This document shows positions 46,736 through 56,600 of a stretch of 64,000 bases of DNA, piece by piece. The notes under the pieces were generated by a model. It saw only the letters and a program-made list of their open reading frames with translations, was not told the DNA's origin and did not search any database. This DNA is from an uncultured Actinomycetes bacterium. GTDB lineage: Bacteria > Actinomycetota > Thermoleophilia > Gaiellales > Gaiellaceae. The stretch is taken from positions 1,882,641-1,946,640 of the forward strand of contig OY969109.1 in the NCBI GenBank assembly GCA_963698015.1, given 5' to 3'. Numbering within the stretch: the stretch's first letter is position 1; every line of letters starts with the position of its first letter. The position numbers and the translations under genes were made by a program.

Positions 46736-48103
46736 ATGGCTAGGGCGCGACGCGCACCGGCGGCGGCCGCGGCCGACCCGACTCTCGCCAACCTTCGCAA
46801 GATCGACCACATCGTCGTGCTCATGCTCGAGAACCGCTCGTTCGACCACATGCTCGGGTACCTGACGCTGGAAGCGGGGCGGACCGACGTCGACGGGCTG
46901 AAGGCGAGCATGTCGAACGCGTACCGGGGCAAGAACTACAGGGTCCGGCATCTCCAGCGGACCGCGCTCACGAAAGACGAGGATCCCTGCCACGGCGGCG
47001 CGTGCATCGCCGAGCAGGTCAGCAACGACATGGGTGGCTTCGTCGCCAACTTCGCGAAGCAGCGCAAGAAGGCGAAGCTCGTGGACGTGGTCATGGGCTA
47101 CTACAACGGAAGCGACCTGCCCGTCTACGACCACCTCGCGCGTGAGTTCGCCGTCTGCGACCGCTGGTACTGCTCGGTGCCGGGCGCGACGTGGCCGAAC
47201 CGGCTCTACGCGCTCTGCGGACAGGCCGCCGGGAGCAAGGACCCCAAGAAGGTGCCGATCTACGACGTCCCCTCGTTCGTGCGCCACCTCGAGAAGAGCA
47301 AGGTCTCGTGGCGCTGGTACACGCACGACGTCGGGACGCTCCGCTTCACCGACAGCAAGTTCCGGATCGGCTACCTGGACAAGTTCGCCTACTTCGACCG
47401 CCGCAGCCTGCTCGCCCCGCGCAACTTCATGGACGACGCGAAGGACGGGAAGCTGCCGGCCGTCTCGTGGATCGACCCGAACTTCGTCGACGTCTCGTTC
47501 ATCGGGCCGGCCGGGTCGAACGACGACCATCCGCCCTCGGACATCAAGGCGGGCCAGGAGCTCGTCCTGAAGACGTACACGGCGCTCGTCAACAGTCCCA
47601 ACTGGCGCAAGACGATGCTCGTCGTCACGTACGACGAGCACGGCGGGTTCTTCGACCACGTGTTTCCGCCCGCAGCGCACGACGACCGGCCTGCGTTCCG
47701 GACGTACGGCGTTCGAGTGCCGGCGTTCGTGATCTCCCCGTTCACGCCGCGGGCGAGCGTCTCGAACACGGTCTACGACCACACGTCGATCATCAAGACG
47801 ATCCTGCTCCGCTTCTGCCAGAAGAACGGCCAGATCCCGAACATGGGCGCGCGGGTCGAGAACGCAAACCACCTCGGTGACCTGTTGGCGCTCACGCAGC
47901 CGAGGCCGCCGACGCCGGACCAGGCGTTCCGCGACGCCGTCGATCGCATCACAGCCTGGCGCTCCGATGTGTTTCGGAGCCGCATCATGGGGAGGCCGAT
48001 CAGCGCTCCCGCCGATCCGGCGGACCTGAACGACCTCCAGCAGCAGGTGCTCGCCGCCAACGCAAAGATCCGCGCAGAAGGCCTCCCGGTCGGCCAGCCC
48101 TAG
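46736..48103 (+). CDS. Phosphoesterase-family protein (PF04185-type: non-haemolytic phospholipase C / AcpA acid phosphatase)
   Basis: KIDHIVVLMLENRSFDHMLGYL, DDHPPSD and VTYDEHGGFFDHV are present. There is no convincing signal peptide. Confidence 0.85.
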   Translation: MARARRAPAAAAADPTLANLRKIDHIVVLMLENRSFDHMLGYLTLEAGRTDVDGLKASMSNAYRGKNYRVRHLQRTALTKDEDPCHGGACIAEQVSNDMGGFVANFAKQRKKAKLVDVVMGYYNGSDLPVYDHLAREFAVCDRWYCSVPGATWPNRLYALCGQAAGSKDPKKVPIYDVPSFVRHLEKSKVSWRWYTHDVGTLRFTDSKFRIGYLDKFAYFDRRSLLAPRNFMDDAKDGKLPAVSWIDPNFVDVSFIGPAGSNDDHPPSDIKAGQELVLKTYTALVNSPNWRKTMLVVTYDEHGGFFDHVFPPAAHDDRPAFRTYGVRVPAFVISPFTPRASVSNTVYDHTSIIKTILLRFCQKNGQIPNMGARVENANHLGDLLALTQPRPPTPDQAFRDAVDRITAWRSDVFRSRIMGRPISAPADPADLNDLQQQVLAANAKIRAEGLPVGQP

Positions 48104-48117
48104 CTAGAGTCGGGCGG

Positions 48118-49398
48118 GTGGCGGCCGCGACAGGGCTACGCGAGTCGGTCGAGAAGGAGGCGCGCGAGGCACGCCGTGCCGCACCGAGTCTGACCGACGA
48201 GGCGGTCTCCTCCGCCCTGAGGGGCGCAGCCGTACTCGTGCGGGAGCGAAGGACAGAGATCCTCGCCGCGAACGCAGCCGACTGCGAGGCGGCTGTGGAC
48301 CGCATCGACGAGGGGATGCTCGACCGGCTGCGCCTGGACGAGGCCCGCCTCGAGAGCCTCGCCGAGCAGGTGGAGGCCGTCGCCGAGATAGAGCCGCTCG
48401 AGCGCGAGATCGGCTCGTGGACGCTCGAGAACGGCCTCCGGGTCAGCGAGCGGCGGATCCCGATCGGCACCGTGGGCGCGAACTTCGAGGCCCGGCCGAA
48501 CGTCGCGCTCGACGTCGCCGGCCAGCTGCTGAAGAGCCTCAACACCGCGGTCCTGCGGACGGGCGGCGCCGCGCTCGGGACGGTCACGCTGCTCGTCGAC
48601 GAGATTCTGCGGCCCGCGCTCGAGCAGGCGGGGCTACCGGCGGGTGCCGTCGGCCTCGTCCGCTCGCCCGACCGGGAGGGCGCGCGCGTGCTCGTGACGA
48701 TGCCCGAGCTTGTCCCGCTCGTCATCCTGCGCGGCAGCGGCGCGACGACGGCGGAGCTCGCCCGCCTTGCCGCGGAGCACGGCGTGCGGACACTCGCGCA
48801 CGCGGAAGGCGGCGGCGTTCTCTACATCCACTCGGAGGCCGACCGTGAGCGCGCGCTCGCGATGGCCGAAGCCGCGCTCGACCGGCTCGGGGTTTGCAAC
48901 CGGCTCAACCTCGCCCTCGTCGACCGCGGCGCCGCGGAGCTGCTACCCGACCTGTTGGCGGTCTTTCGCGAGAAAGGCCTCGAGGTGCGCGGCACTCCCC
49001 GTGCAGTCGAGGCGGCCGGCGACGGGGTCCTGCCCCACGACCGCGAGCGCCTCGGGTACGAGTGGGCGAACGAGCCCGACCGTGTCGCGACCGTGACACT
49101 CGACCTGGTCGACGATCTCGCCGACGCGGTGCGGATCGCGAACGAGGAGACGTCCGGGCTTGCGGCGGGGGTCGTCACCGAGGACGCCGAGGCCGCGAAC
49201 CGCTTCCTCGAGGGCTATCGCGGAACGGCCGCTTTCTGGCACGCGACTACGCGTTTCACGGACGGCTTCGAGCTGACCGGAGCGCCCGAGACGGGGATCA
49301 ACGTCGATGCCGTTCCCGGGCCGCGCGGCCCGGTGACGTACCGCGACCTCTGGCTACGCCAGTACCGGGTGGTCGGCGACGGCACGCAGACGCGTTGA
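48118..49398 (+). CDS. proA: Gamma-glutamyl phosphate reductase
   Basis: 426 aa. Contains ILAANAADCEAA, LVILRGSG and GVCNRLNLALVD (catalytic Cys context). It starts 14 nt after the phosphoesterase stop. Confidence 0.88.
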   Translation: MAAATGLRESVEKEAREARRAAPSLTDEAVSSALRGAAVLVRERRTEILAANAADCEAAVDRIDEGMLDRLRLDEARLESLAEQVEAVAEIEPLEREIGSWTLENGLRVSERRIPIGTVGANFEARPNVALDVAGQLLKSLNTAVLRTGGAALGTVTLLVDEILRPALEQAGLPAGAVGLVRSPDREGARVLVTMPELVPLVILRGSGATTAELARLAAEHGVRTLAHAEGGGVLYIHSEADRERALAMAEAALDRLGVCNRLNLALVDRGAAELLPDLLAVFREKGLEVRGTPRAVEAAGDGVLPHDRERLGYEWANEPDRVATVTLDLVDDLADAVRIANEETSGLAAGVVTEDAEAANRFLEGYRGTAAFWHATTRFTDGFELTGAPETGINVDAVPGPRGPVTYRDLWLRQYRVVGDGTQTR

Positions 49399-50441
49399 CA
49401 CCGCCCGTCGTCGTCAAGCTCGGAACCGGGCTCGTCGTCGGGGAGGACGGCGAGGTGAGGACCGAGCTGTTGAACGCGCGCGCGAGCGAGATCGCGACGA
49501 TCGTCGCCAGGAGCGAGCCCGTGTGCGTCGTCTCCTCCGGTGCGATCGCGCTGGGTCTGCCGAAGCTCGGGCTCAAGCGCCGCCCGTCCTCGCTGGCGCG
49601 GCTCCAGGCGGCCTCGGCCCTGGGCCAGGCGAGGCTTCACGCCGCGTGGGAGGAGGCGCTCGGCGCGCACGGGATGCCGGCAGCGCAGATCCTGCTCGCC
49701 GCCGGAGACGTCGCCGACCGCCTCGCTTACGTCAACGCCCGCCAGGCGTTCGCGGAGCTGTTCCGGCTCGGCGCCGTGCCGGTCGTGAACGAGAACGACG
49801 CAACTGCCACGGACGAGATCACCTTCGGCGACAACGACGCGCTGGCCGCCCAGGTCGCGGTTCTGGTCAAAGCGCGGCTGCTCGTGCTGCTCACCGAGGT
49901 CGAGGGGCTCTATTCGCGTGCTCCCGGGACCCCCGGCGCAGAGCTGATCGCGGAGGGTGAGCTTGCCGGCCAAGCCGAACTGGGTGCGGGAACCGAGCTG
50001 GGCCGGGGTGGAATGGCCAGCAAGGTGATCGCCGCTCAGATGGCGTCGGGCGCCGGGATCCCGACCGTGATCGCGAGCGGGGCCGGCGACGACGTGCTCG
50101 GCCCCGTGCTCGCGGGCGAGAAGCGCGGGACTCGTTTCAGGCCAGAGGAGCAGGGCGCTTCGGCATTCAGGATGTGGCTTCTGTTCGCGAAGCCTGCGAC
50201 TGGCCGCCTTCGTGTCGACGAAGGGGCACGTCGAGCGCTCGTCGACAACGGGGCGAGCTTGCTCGGAGTCGGGGTCGTCGGCTGTGAGGGCCGCTTCGAG
50301 CCGGGGGCCGCGGTCGAGCTCGTGGGGCCGGACGGCATTGCGTTCGCCAAGGGCATCGCCGCTGTTGACTCGGAGCGGCTCACGAACCGCCCGCGTGGCG
50401 TCCTGGCCGTGCACCGCGACAGAATGGTGCTGTACACGTGA
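49395..50441 (+). CDS. proB: Glutamate 5-kinase with PUA domain
   Basis: TTGA overlap with proA. Contains VVVKLGTGLV, VVSSGAIALG, NENDATATDEITFGDNDALAA and the PUA-like tail LLGVGVVGCEGRFEPGAAVELV. Confidence 0.9.
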   Translation: MTPPVVVKLGTGLVVGEDGEVRTELLNARASEIATIVARSEPVCVVSSGAIALGLPKLGLKRRPSSLARLQAASALGQARLHAAWEEALGAHGMPAAQILLAAGDVADRLAYVNARQAFAELFRLGAVPVVNENDATATDEITFGDNDALAAQVAVLVKARLLVLLTEVEGLYSRAPGTPGAELIAEGELAGQAELGAGTELGRGGMASKVIAAQMASGAGIPTVIASGAGDDVLGPVLAGEKRGTRFRPEEQGASAFRMWLLFAKPATGRLRVDEGARRALVDNGASLLGVGVVGCEGRFEPGAAVELVGPDGIAFAKGIAAVDSERLTNRPRGVLAVHRDRMVLYT

Positions 50442-51154
50442 AGAAGGTTGCGGTCATTGCCGACGTCCACGGGAACGCGCCCGCACTAGCCGCCGTGCTC
50501 GAGGAGGTCGAGCGCGAGCAGGTTGCCCTGATCGTCTCCTGCGGCGACCTGACCTGGGGGCCGCTGCCCGAGGAGACGTACGAGCTGGCGCGCGGGCTGA
50601 ATGCACGGTTCGTGCGCGGAAACGCGGACCGAGCCGTTCTCGAGGGCGTCTCCGAGACCGAGCGCGAGCAATGGATGCAGGCGCACCACACGGACGCGAT
50701 GCGGGAGTTCCTCGGCACCTTCGAAGAGAACGTCGCCGTCGAGGTCGACGGGCTCGGGCCGGTGCGCTTCTGCCACGGCTCGCCCCGCAGCGACGAGGAG
50801 TGCGTCACGCCGGAGACGCCCGAGGAGCGGGTCCGCGAGTTCAGCGCCGGGGTCGACGAGCGCGTGATCGTGAGCGCGCACGTGCACATCCAGTTCGACC
50901 GCGAGGCGGCCGGGATCCGCAGCGTGAACGCGGGCAGCGTCGGCCTCCCGTACGAAGGCAGGCCCGGCGCGTACTGGGCGCTGCTCGGGCCGGACGTGGA
51001 GCTGCGCCGGACCGAGTACGACGTCGACGGAACCGTCGAGCGCTTCCGGGCGAGCGGGCAGCCGACCGTCGAGCAGATCGTCGAGATGATGGTGACGCCG
51101 CCCGAGCCCCGTGAGGTGATCGACCACGCCGAGAAGCACGTCTTCGCCGGGTAG
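50438..51154 (+). CDS. Metallophosphoesterase (YfcE/MJ0936-like)
   Basis: GTGA overlap with proB. KVAVIADVHGN, SCGDL, RGNAD and SAHVH are the calcineurin-fold metal motifs. Confidence 0.85.
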   Translation: MKKVAVIADVHGNAPALAAVLEEVEREQVALIVSCGDLTWGPLPEETYELARGLNARFVRGNADRAVLEGVSETEREQWMQAHHTDAMREFLGTFEENVAVEVDGLGPVRFCHGSPRSDEECVTPETPEERVREFSAGVDERVIVSAHVHIQFDREAAGIRSVNAGSVGLPYEGRPGAYWALLGPDVELRRTEYDVDGTVERFRASGQPTVEQIVEMMVTPPEPREVIDHAEKHVFAG

Positions 51155-51236
51155 GCGGCGCATAGCTTCGATCCGCGGCGCGGCCGCCTGGGTCGACAAG
51201 GTCGGGCTGGCCGCGCTCTTTCCGACCGACGACCTC

Positions 51237-51893
51237 GTGCTGCCGTCGCTCTGGGAGGCGGCCACGGGGCGACCGGTCGTCGATCGCGACTTCGCCCCCG
51301 ACGTCGCGCTCGTCTGGGGCTGGAAGGACGAGCTCCCGGGAAGGAGGCTCGTCTGCGCGGGGAAGCATCTCGGAGGCCGCGCCTCGCTCGTCTCGCTCGA
51401 GCTCTTGCCGGTCCTCTACGCGCTCACGGGTCGTGATGGGCGGGCCGAGGACTTCCGCGACGAGGAGCTGTCACCGGTGGAGCGGGACGTCGCCGAAGCC
51501 TTGCTCGAGTCGGGGCCGATCAGCAGCGCGGAGCTGCCGAGCCTTGCCGGGCACGAGCGAAAGCGGGTGAGCTCGGCGGCCTTTCGGCTGCAGCGGCGCC
51601 TCGTCCTCACGGCCGCGGGACGACAGGAACACGAGCAGGGCTGGCCCTCGGTCGTGTTCGACATCCTGCCGAGGCGCTACGCCGATCGGCTCGGCGTGCT
51701 GCCGGACGCGGACGAGGCGAGGGCGACTCTGGCGGAGACGATCCTGCGCTCCGCAGGCGAGGTGTCCGCCGCAGATGTGGCCGCGGTGATCGGAGGGACG
51801 CGCAAACAGGCGGGTGCGGCTCTCGACAGGCTCGCCTCCGAGGGCCGGGCGCGATCCCGTGATGCGGGCGAGTACCTGCTCTGGACTATCTAG
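51237..51893 (+). CDS. Hypothetical protein, possibly 5'-truncated (winged-helix-like C-terminus)
   Basis: 218 aa from GTG 51237. The frame stays open and protein-like (IRGAAAWVDKVGLAALFPTDD) back to the stop at 51117-51119, with no canonical start in between. Confidence 0.45.
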   Translation: MLPSLWEAATGRPVVDRDFAPDVALVWGWKDELPGRRLVCAGKHLGGRASLVSLELLPVLYALTGRDGRAEDFRDEELSPVERDVAEALLESGPISSAELPSLAGHERKRVSSAAFRLQRRLVLTAAGRQEHEQGWPSVVFDILPRRYADRLGVLPDADEARATLAETILRSAGEVSAADVAAVIGGTRKQAGAALDRLASEGRARSRDAGEYLLWTI

Positions 51894-51946
51894 CTCCCGC
51901 TTCCAGCTGCCGACACTACGTAACAAGCAAGCGGCCTGCTATCACC

Positions 51947-53518
51947 ATGGGCGACGAGACGACATTCCAGCCCTTCGACCGGAACGGTCTGCTCCGCCGA
52001 GCAGCGCCGTTTGTCGGTGCCATGTGGCTCGCGCTCGCCATCTACCCCTTGCCGCCGCACGGGGGCGACTCGAGAGCGCTGCTGCCCACCGTCGTCCTGA
52101 ACAGCCTGATTCTCGTCGCGGTCCTGATCACGCCCTGGCGCCGGCTGTCGCCAATGGCCACGGTCCTGCCGCCGCTCGCGTACCTGTTCGTCATCGCCCT
52201 GCTGCGCGAGGCCGACGGGGGAGGGTCGTCGGCCTACGGCGCGCTCCTCATGCTGCCCATCTTCTGGCTCGCCCTCTACGGCAGCCCGCAGCAGCTCGCG
52301 ATCGGCTTCGCGGGCCTCGCGGCGGTGTTCGTCGTGCCGGTCCTGCTCATCGGCGCGCCGGACTACCCGTCGAGCGAATGGACCCGCGCGATGGTCTGGC
52401 TGTGCGTCGCGCCGATCATCGGGTTCACGGTGCAGTCGCTCGTGCGCGGGCAACGGAAGCGCGCCGAGGAGAACCTGCGCCGCGCGGATGAGCTGCAGGT
52501 CAGCCAGGAGGAGACCCGCAAGCTCGTCGTCAGCATGGCCGCCGTGACGGAGGCGACCCGCGAGCTGGCGCGGACGGCCGACGCCCAGGTCGCGCGCGAG
52601 ATCATCTGCGCGGCAGCCTGCACGGTCACCGGCGCTCGCTTCGCCAAGCTCATGGAGCTGGGCCCGGACGGAGAGCTCATGATGAACGCGAACCACGGGC
52701 TCCAGAGTGGCCCGCCCCTGACCGTCTCGGTCGGCGAACAGGCCTCCGGCGCCGGCTCGGTCTTCCTCTCGAAGAAGCCGCTCTTCGTCCAGGACGCACG
52801 GGGCGACGACCGGATCTCGCAGCGCGTCGTGATGGCGACTGGCGCCGTGTCGATGCACTTCGAGCCCGTTCTGCGCAACGAAGAGGCCGTCGCGGTGCTC
52901 GTCGTCGGCTGGGCGTACGAGGTCGACGGGACGAACCGGATCGCGGCGTCGATGCGGATGCTCGCTGCCGAGACCGCGATGGCGCTCGAGCGCTCCGACC
53001 TGCTCGCGCGGCTCGAGGAGGTGGCGCGCACGGATGACCTGACGGGCCTGCTCAACCGGCGCGGGTGGGAGGAGGAGCTGCCGCGCGAGCTCGCGCGCTC
53101 GGGGCGGAACGGCGATCCACTTTGCGTCGCGATGCTCGACCTCGACTTCTTCAAGAACTACAACGACCAGCGGGGCCACCAGGCGGGCGACCGGCTGCTC
53201 AAGCAGAGCGCGTCGGCCTGGGTCCGGGAGCTCCGCGTGAGCGACAGGCTGGCCCGCTACGGCGGCGAGGAGTTCAGCGTCGCGCTGCCCGGCTGCCGGC
53301 TCGAGAACGCGAAGGACATCGTCGAGCGCCTGCGGGCGGCGATGCCCGGCGACCAGACCGTGTCGGCCGGGGTCGTCTGCTGGAACGGGCGCGAGACCGC
53401 CGAGGAGCTCGTCGGCCGCGCCGATGCGGCGCTCTACGAGGCGAAGCGGATGGGCCGCGACCGCCTCGTCGCGGCCGGTGACACGCCGCCGGGCGACCTG
53501 CGCTCCGTCAGCCTGTAG
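51947..53518 (+). CDS. Membrane-bound diguanylate cyclase (multi-TM N-domain, GAF-like domain, GGDEF)
   Basis: There are five to six N-terminal TM helices. DDLTGLLNRRGW is present and the active site reads RYGGEEFSVAL. Confidence 0.9.
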   Translation: MGDETTFQPFDRNGLLRRAAPFVGAMWLALAIYPLPPHGGDSRALLPTVVLNSLILVAVLITPWRRLSPMATVLPPLAYLFVIALLREADGGGSSAYGALLMLPIFWLALYGSPQQLAIGFAGLAAVFVVPVLLIGAPDYPSSEWTRAMVWLCVAPIIGFTVQSLVRGQRKRAEENLRRADELQVSQEETRKLVVSMAAVTEATRELARTADAQVAREIICAAACTVTGARFAKLMELGPDGELMMNANHGLQSGPPLTVSVGEQASGAGSVFLSKKPLFVQDARGDDRISQRVVMATGAVSMHFEPVLRNEEAVAVLVVGWAYEVDGTNRIAASMRMLAAETAMALERSDLLARLEEVARTDDLTGLLNRRGWEEELPRELARSGRNGDPLCVAMLDLDFFKNYNDQRGHQAGDRLLKQSASAWVRELRVSDRLARYGGEEFSVALPGCRLENAKDIVERLRAAMPGDQTVSAGVVCWNGRETAEELVGRADAALYEAKRMGRDRLVAAGDTPPGDLRSVSL

Positions 53519-53614
53519 CCGCGATCGCCGCCGCAGCCCTTCACATTCGCCTCCAGGACTGGTAAAAGGCCCCAAGCAACGAGCGCCACAAACGCTTTTC
53601 GGGAGGGGAGTTAC

Positions 53615-56600
53615 ATGACCAAGGGAGCCTTGAGAGGGGCTTGCATCGCGCTCCTCGTCGGCATCGGGCTTGCGCTGCCGGGCGTCGCGAAAGCCGCGCC
53701 CCCGTGCGGGCCGAAGAACATCCTCATCGTGTATTCGGATGACGGGACGCCCGCCCAGTTGGTGAGCGACCTGGAAGCCCAGCCTGGCGTGGCGGGCGTC
53801 GACCTCTTCGACGCCCAGGGGGCGACGCCGACGCTGCAGCAGCTGAGTCCGTACAACATCGTCCTGACCTGGACGAACTTCGCCTACGCGGACGCGAACG
53901 CGATGGGGGACGTCCTCGCGGACTACCAGGATTCGGGCGCCGGGATCGTCATTCCCTTGGCGTTCGGCTTCTACGACGCGGGGGGCTTCTACCTGGGCGG
54001 ACGGTGGCTGACCGACGGCTACTCGCCGTTCACGAACTCGGGCAGCCTCTGGTTCCAGGACCGAACGTTGGGCACGTACGACGCGGGCCATCCGCTCATG
54101 CAGGGCGTTACGGCTCTCGCGACCAACTTCGGCGTCGAGGTCGGGCTCGCGTCGGGAGCGATACAGGTCGCGGCGTGGAACACCGGCACTCCGCTGATCG
54201 CGTTCAAGGACGATGTCGTCGCGATCAACGCGTACATCGGCTTCGACGCGACCTGGAACGGTCAGTTCGCGAAGGTCGTGACCAACGCCTTCGACTGGCT
54301 CTGCGGAGGCGCGCCGGCCGCCTGGCAGACGGTCGCTCCGCTCCCGAATGACCTGTTCGGCCCGGCAACGGCTTCTGACGGTTCGTACGCCTACGTGTTC
54401 GGGGGTTACTCGTTCACGAGCATCGCGACGCTGGACACGGTCTATCGCTACGACCTGGCGACCGACACGTGGGACACGATGGCGCCGTTGCCGACGCCGG
54501 AGCTGGTTGGTTCCGCCGTCTACTACCCGCCGACGAACAAGATCTACGTGTTCGGTGGGTCGCAGCGTGACCAGGCGATCACGCTGGACACGACGCAGAT
54601 CTACGACATTGCGTCGAACACGTGGTCGTCGGGGGCGACGATGCCTGGAACGAGGAGCCAGCAGGCTGCTGGCTACGACCCGGCGAACGGGAAGATCTAT
54701 CTGAACGGCGGGTATCAGACGTCGACGATCGACTCGGTGCAAAACACGACCTGGGAGTACGACCCGGTCGCGGACACGTTCACGGACAAGGCTCCGTCGC
54801 CGCAGATGCAGGGCGGGACGGCGTCGGGGATCGTCGATGGCCATCTGTTGATGACAGGTGGGCGGACGAACCCGGACATGACGCTCGATCTGACCTGGGA
54901 CTACGACATCGCCACGGATTCGTGGTCGCAGCGGCAGAGTTTGGCCACGCCGAAGAACGTGGCGGGCGGTGCCGTTGCTCAGGGCCGGCTGTTCTCGATC
55001 GGCGGCGGCAACGGTGCGCCGCCGTTCACCGGGATGACCGATGTCGAGAGCTTCGACTCGGCGGCGAACACGTGGTCGCCGGAGGCGACATTGAACGCCG
55101 GTCGTTCGTTCCCGGGCACGGCCGCGGTCGGCGAAACGCTGGTCGCAGCGGGCGGCCGTGATGGGGCGTCGACCTCGCTCTCCAGTGTGGAGACACTCGT
55201 CGTTGGCGGACCGCCACCGCCTCCGCCACCACCCCCGCCACCGCCACCGCCTCCGCCACCGCCTCCGCCGCCGCCACCGCCACCGCCTCCGCCACCGCCA
55301 CCGCCTCCGCCGCCGCCACCGGGTTGGCAGATCCGCGCTCCGATGCCTGTCGACCAGTACGGCGGAGCGGCCGATTCCGACGGGACGGTCGCGTTCGTCG
55401 CGGGCGGCTACTCGTTCTTGATCGACGACCTGGACACGCTCTACAAGTTCAACCCGTCGACCAACACGTGGGCGCAGCTGACGTCGATGCCGGACGCGAA
55501 CATCATGGCCTCGGCCGTGTACTACCCGCCGTCGAACAAGCTGTACGTCTTCGGCGGCGAGGATCCCGAGTCCGGGACGAACTTCAACAACACCCGGATC
55601 TACGACATCGCCTCCGACACGTGGTCGGCGGGGGCGCCGATGCCCGATGTGCGTAGCTTTGCCGCTTCGGGCTACAACCCGGGCAACGGCAAGATCTATG
55701 TCGTCGCCGGGTACAACACGGGCACGGTCGACTCCGCGCAGGACACGACCTGGGAGTACGACCCGGTCGCGAACTCGTGGACGGTCAAGGCCCCGATCCC
55801 GCACGCAGTGGGTGGGCCCGGTTTCGGAATCGTCAACGGCCACATGTACGTCGCCGGCGGGCGTGACGCCACGAACACGGTGATCAACCTCTGCTACGAC
55901 TACAACATCGCCGCCAACTCGTGGACGACGTGCGCGAACCTGCCGTCCGCGAACAACGTGCCGGGCAGCGGCGTCGCCAACGGGAAGGTGTACCTGTTCG
56001 GCGGCGGCAATCCGTTCCTTGTGGGTGGACGCCTGAAGAGCGCGTTCTTGAGCCCGCAGACGACCGGAGCCACGGTCGGCTACGACCCGGCCACGAACTC
56101 GTGGAGCAACGAGCTAACGCTCAACCTGGCGCGCTCGTTCCCGTCAGGCACCGCGGTGGGCGGGACGCTCGTCGCCGCGGGCGGCTATGACGGATCGTCG
56201 TCGACGGCCTCGACCGAGACGATGAGCGTCGGCGGCCCCCCGCCGCCTCCGCCGCCACCACCGCCACCACCCACCTGCCCGACCGGATCGACCGAGATCT
56301 CGATCGGGGACAACTTCTTCAACCCGGCCGACGTGACGGTTCCGGTCGGAACGACTGTCTGCTGGACGAACAACGGCCAGATCACGCACTCGGCCACCTC
56401 GGACACCGGCGTCTTCGACTCCGGCTTCCTGGCGCCCGGTGAGCTGTACTCGTTCACGTTCAACAGCTCCGGCTCGTACCCGTACCACTGCATGGTCCAT
56501 CCGGTGCAGATGACCGGGACGATCACGGTCGGCAATCCGCCGCCACCTCCGCCTCCACCACCTCCGCCTCCGCCACCACCTCCGCCTCCGCCACCGCCGC

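Noticed and set aside
46736-46800. A twin-arginine (Tat) signal on the phosphoesterase (MARARRAPAAAAADP).
   Set aside because: The RR is not followed by a hydrophobic h-region or an AxA cleavage site, and the conserved catalytic motif starts about 20 residues in. I treat the protein as cytoplasmic, pending a predictor.
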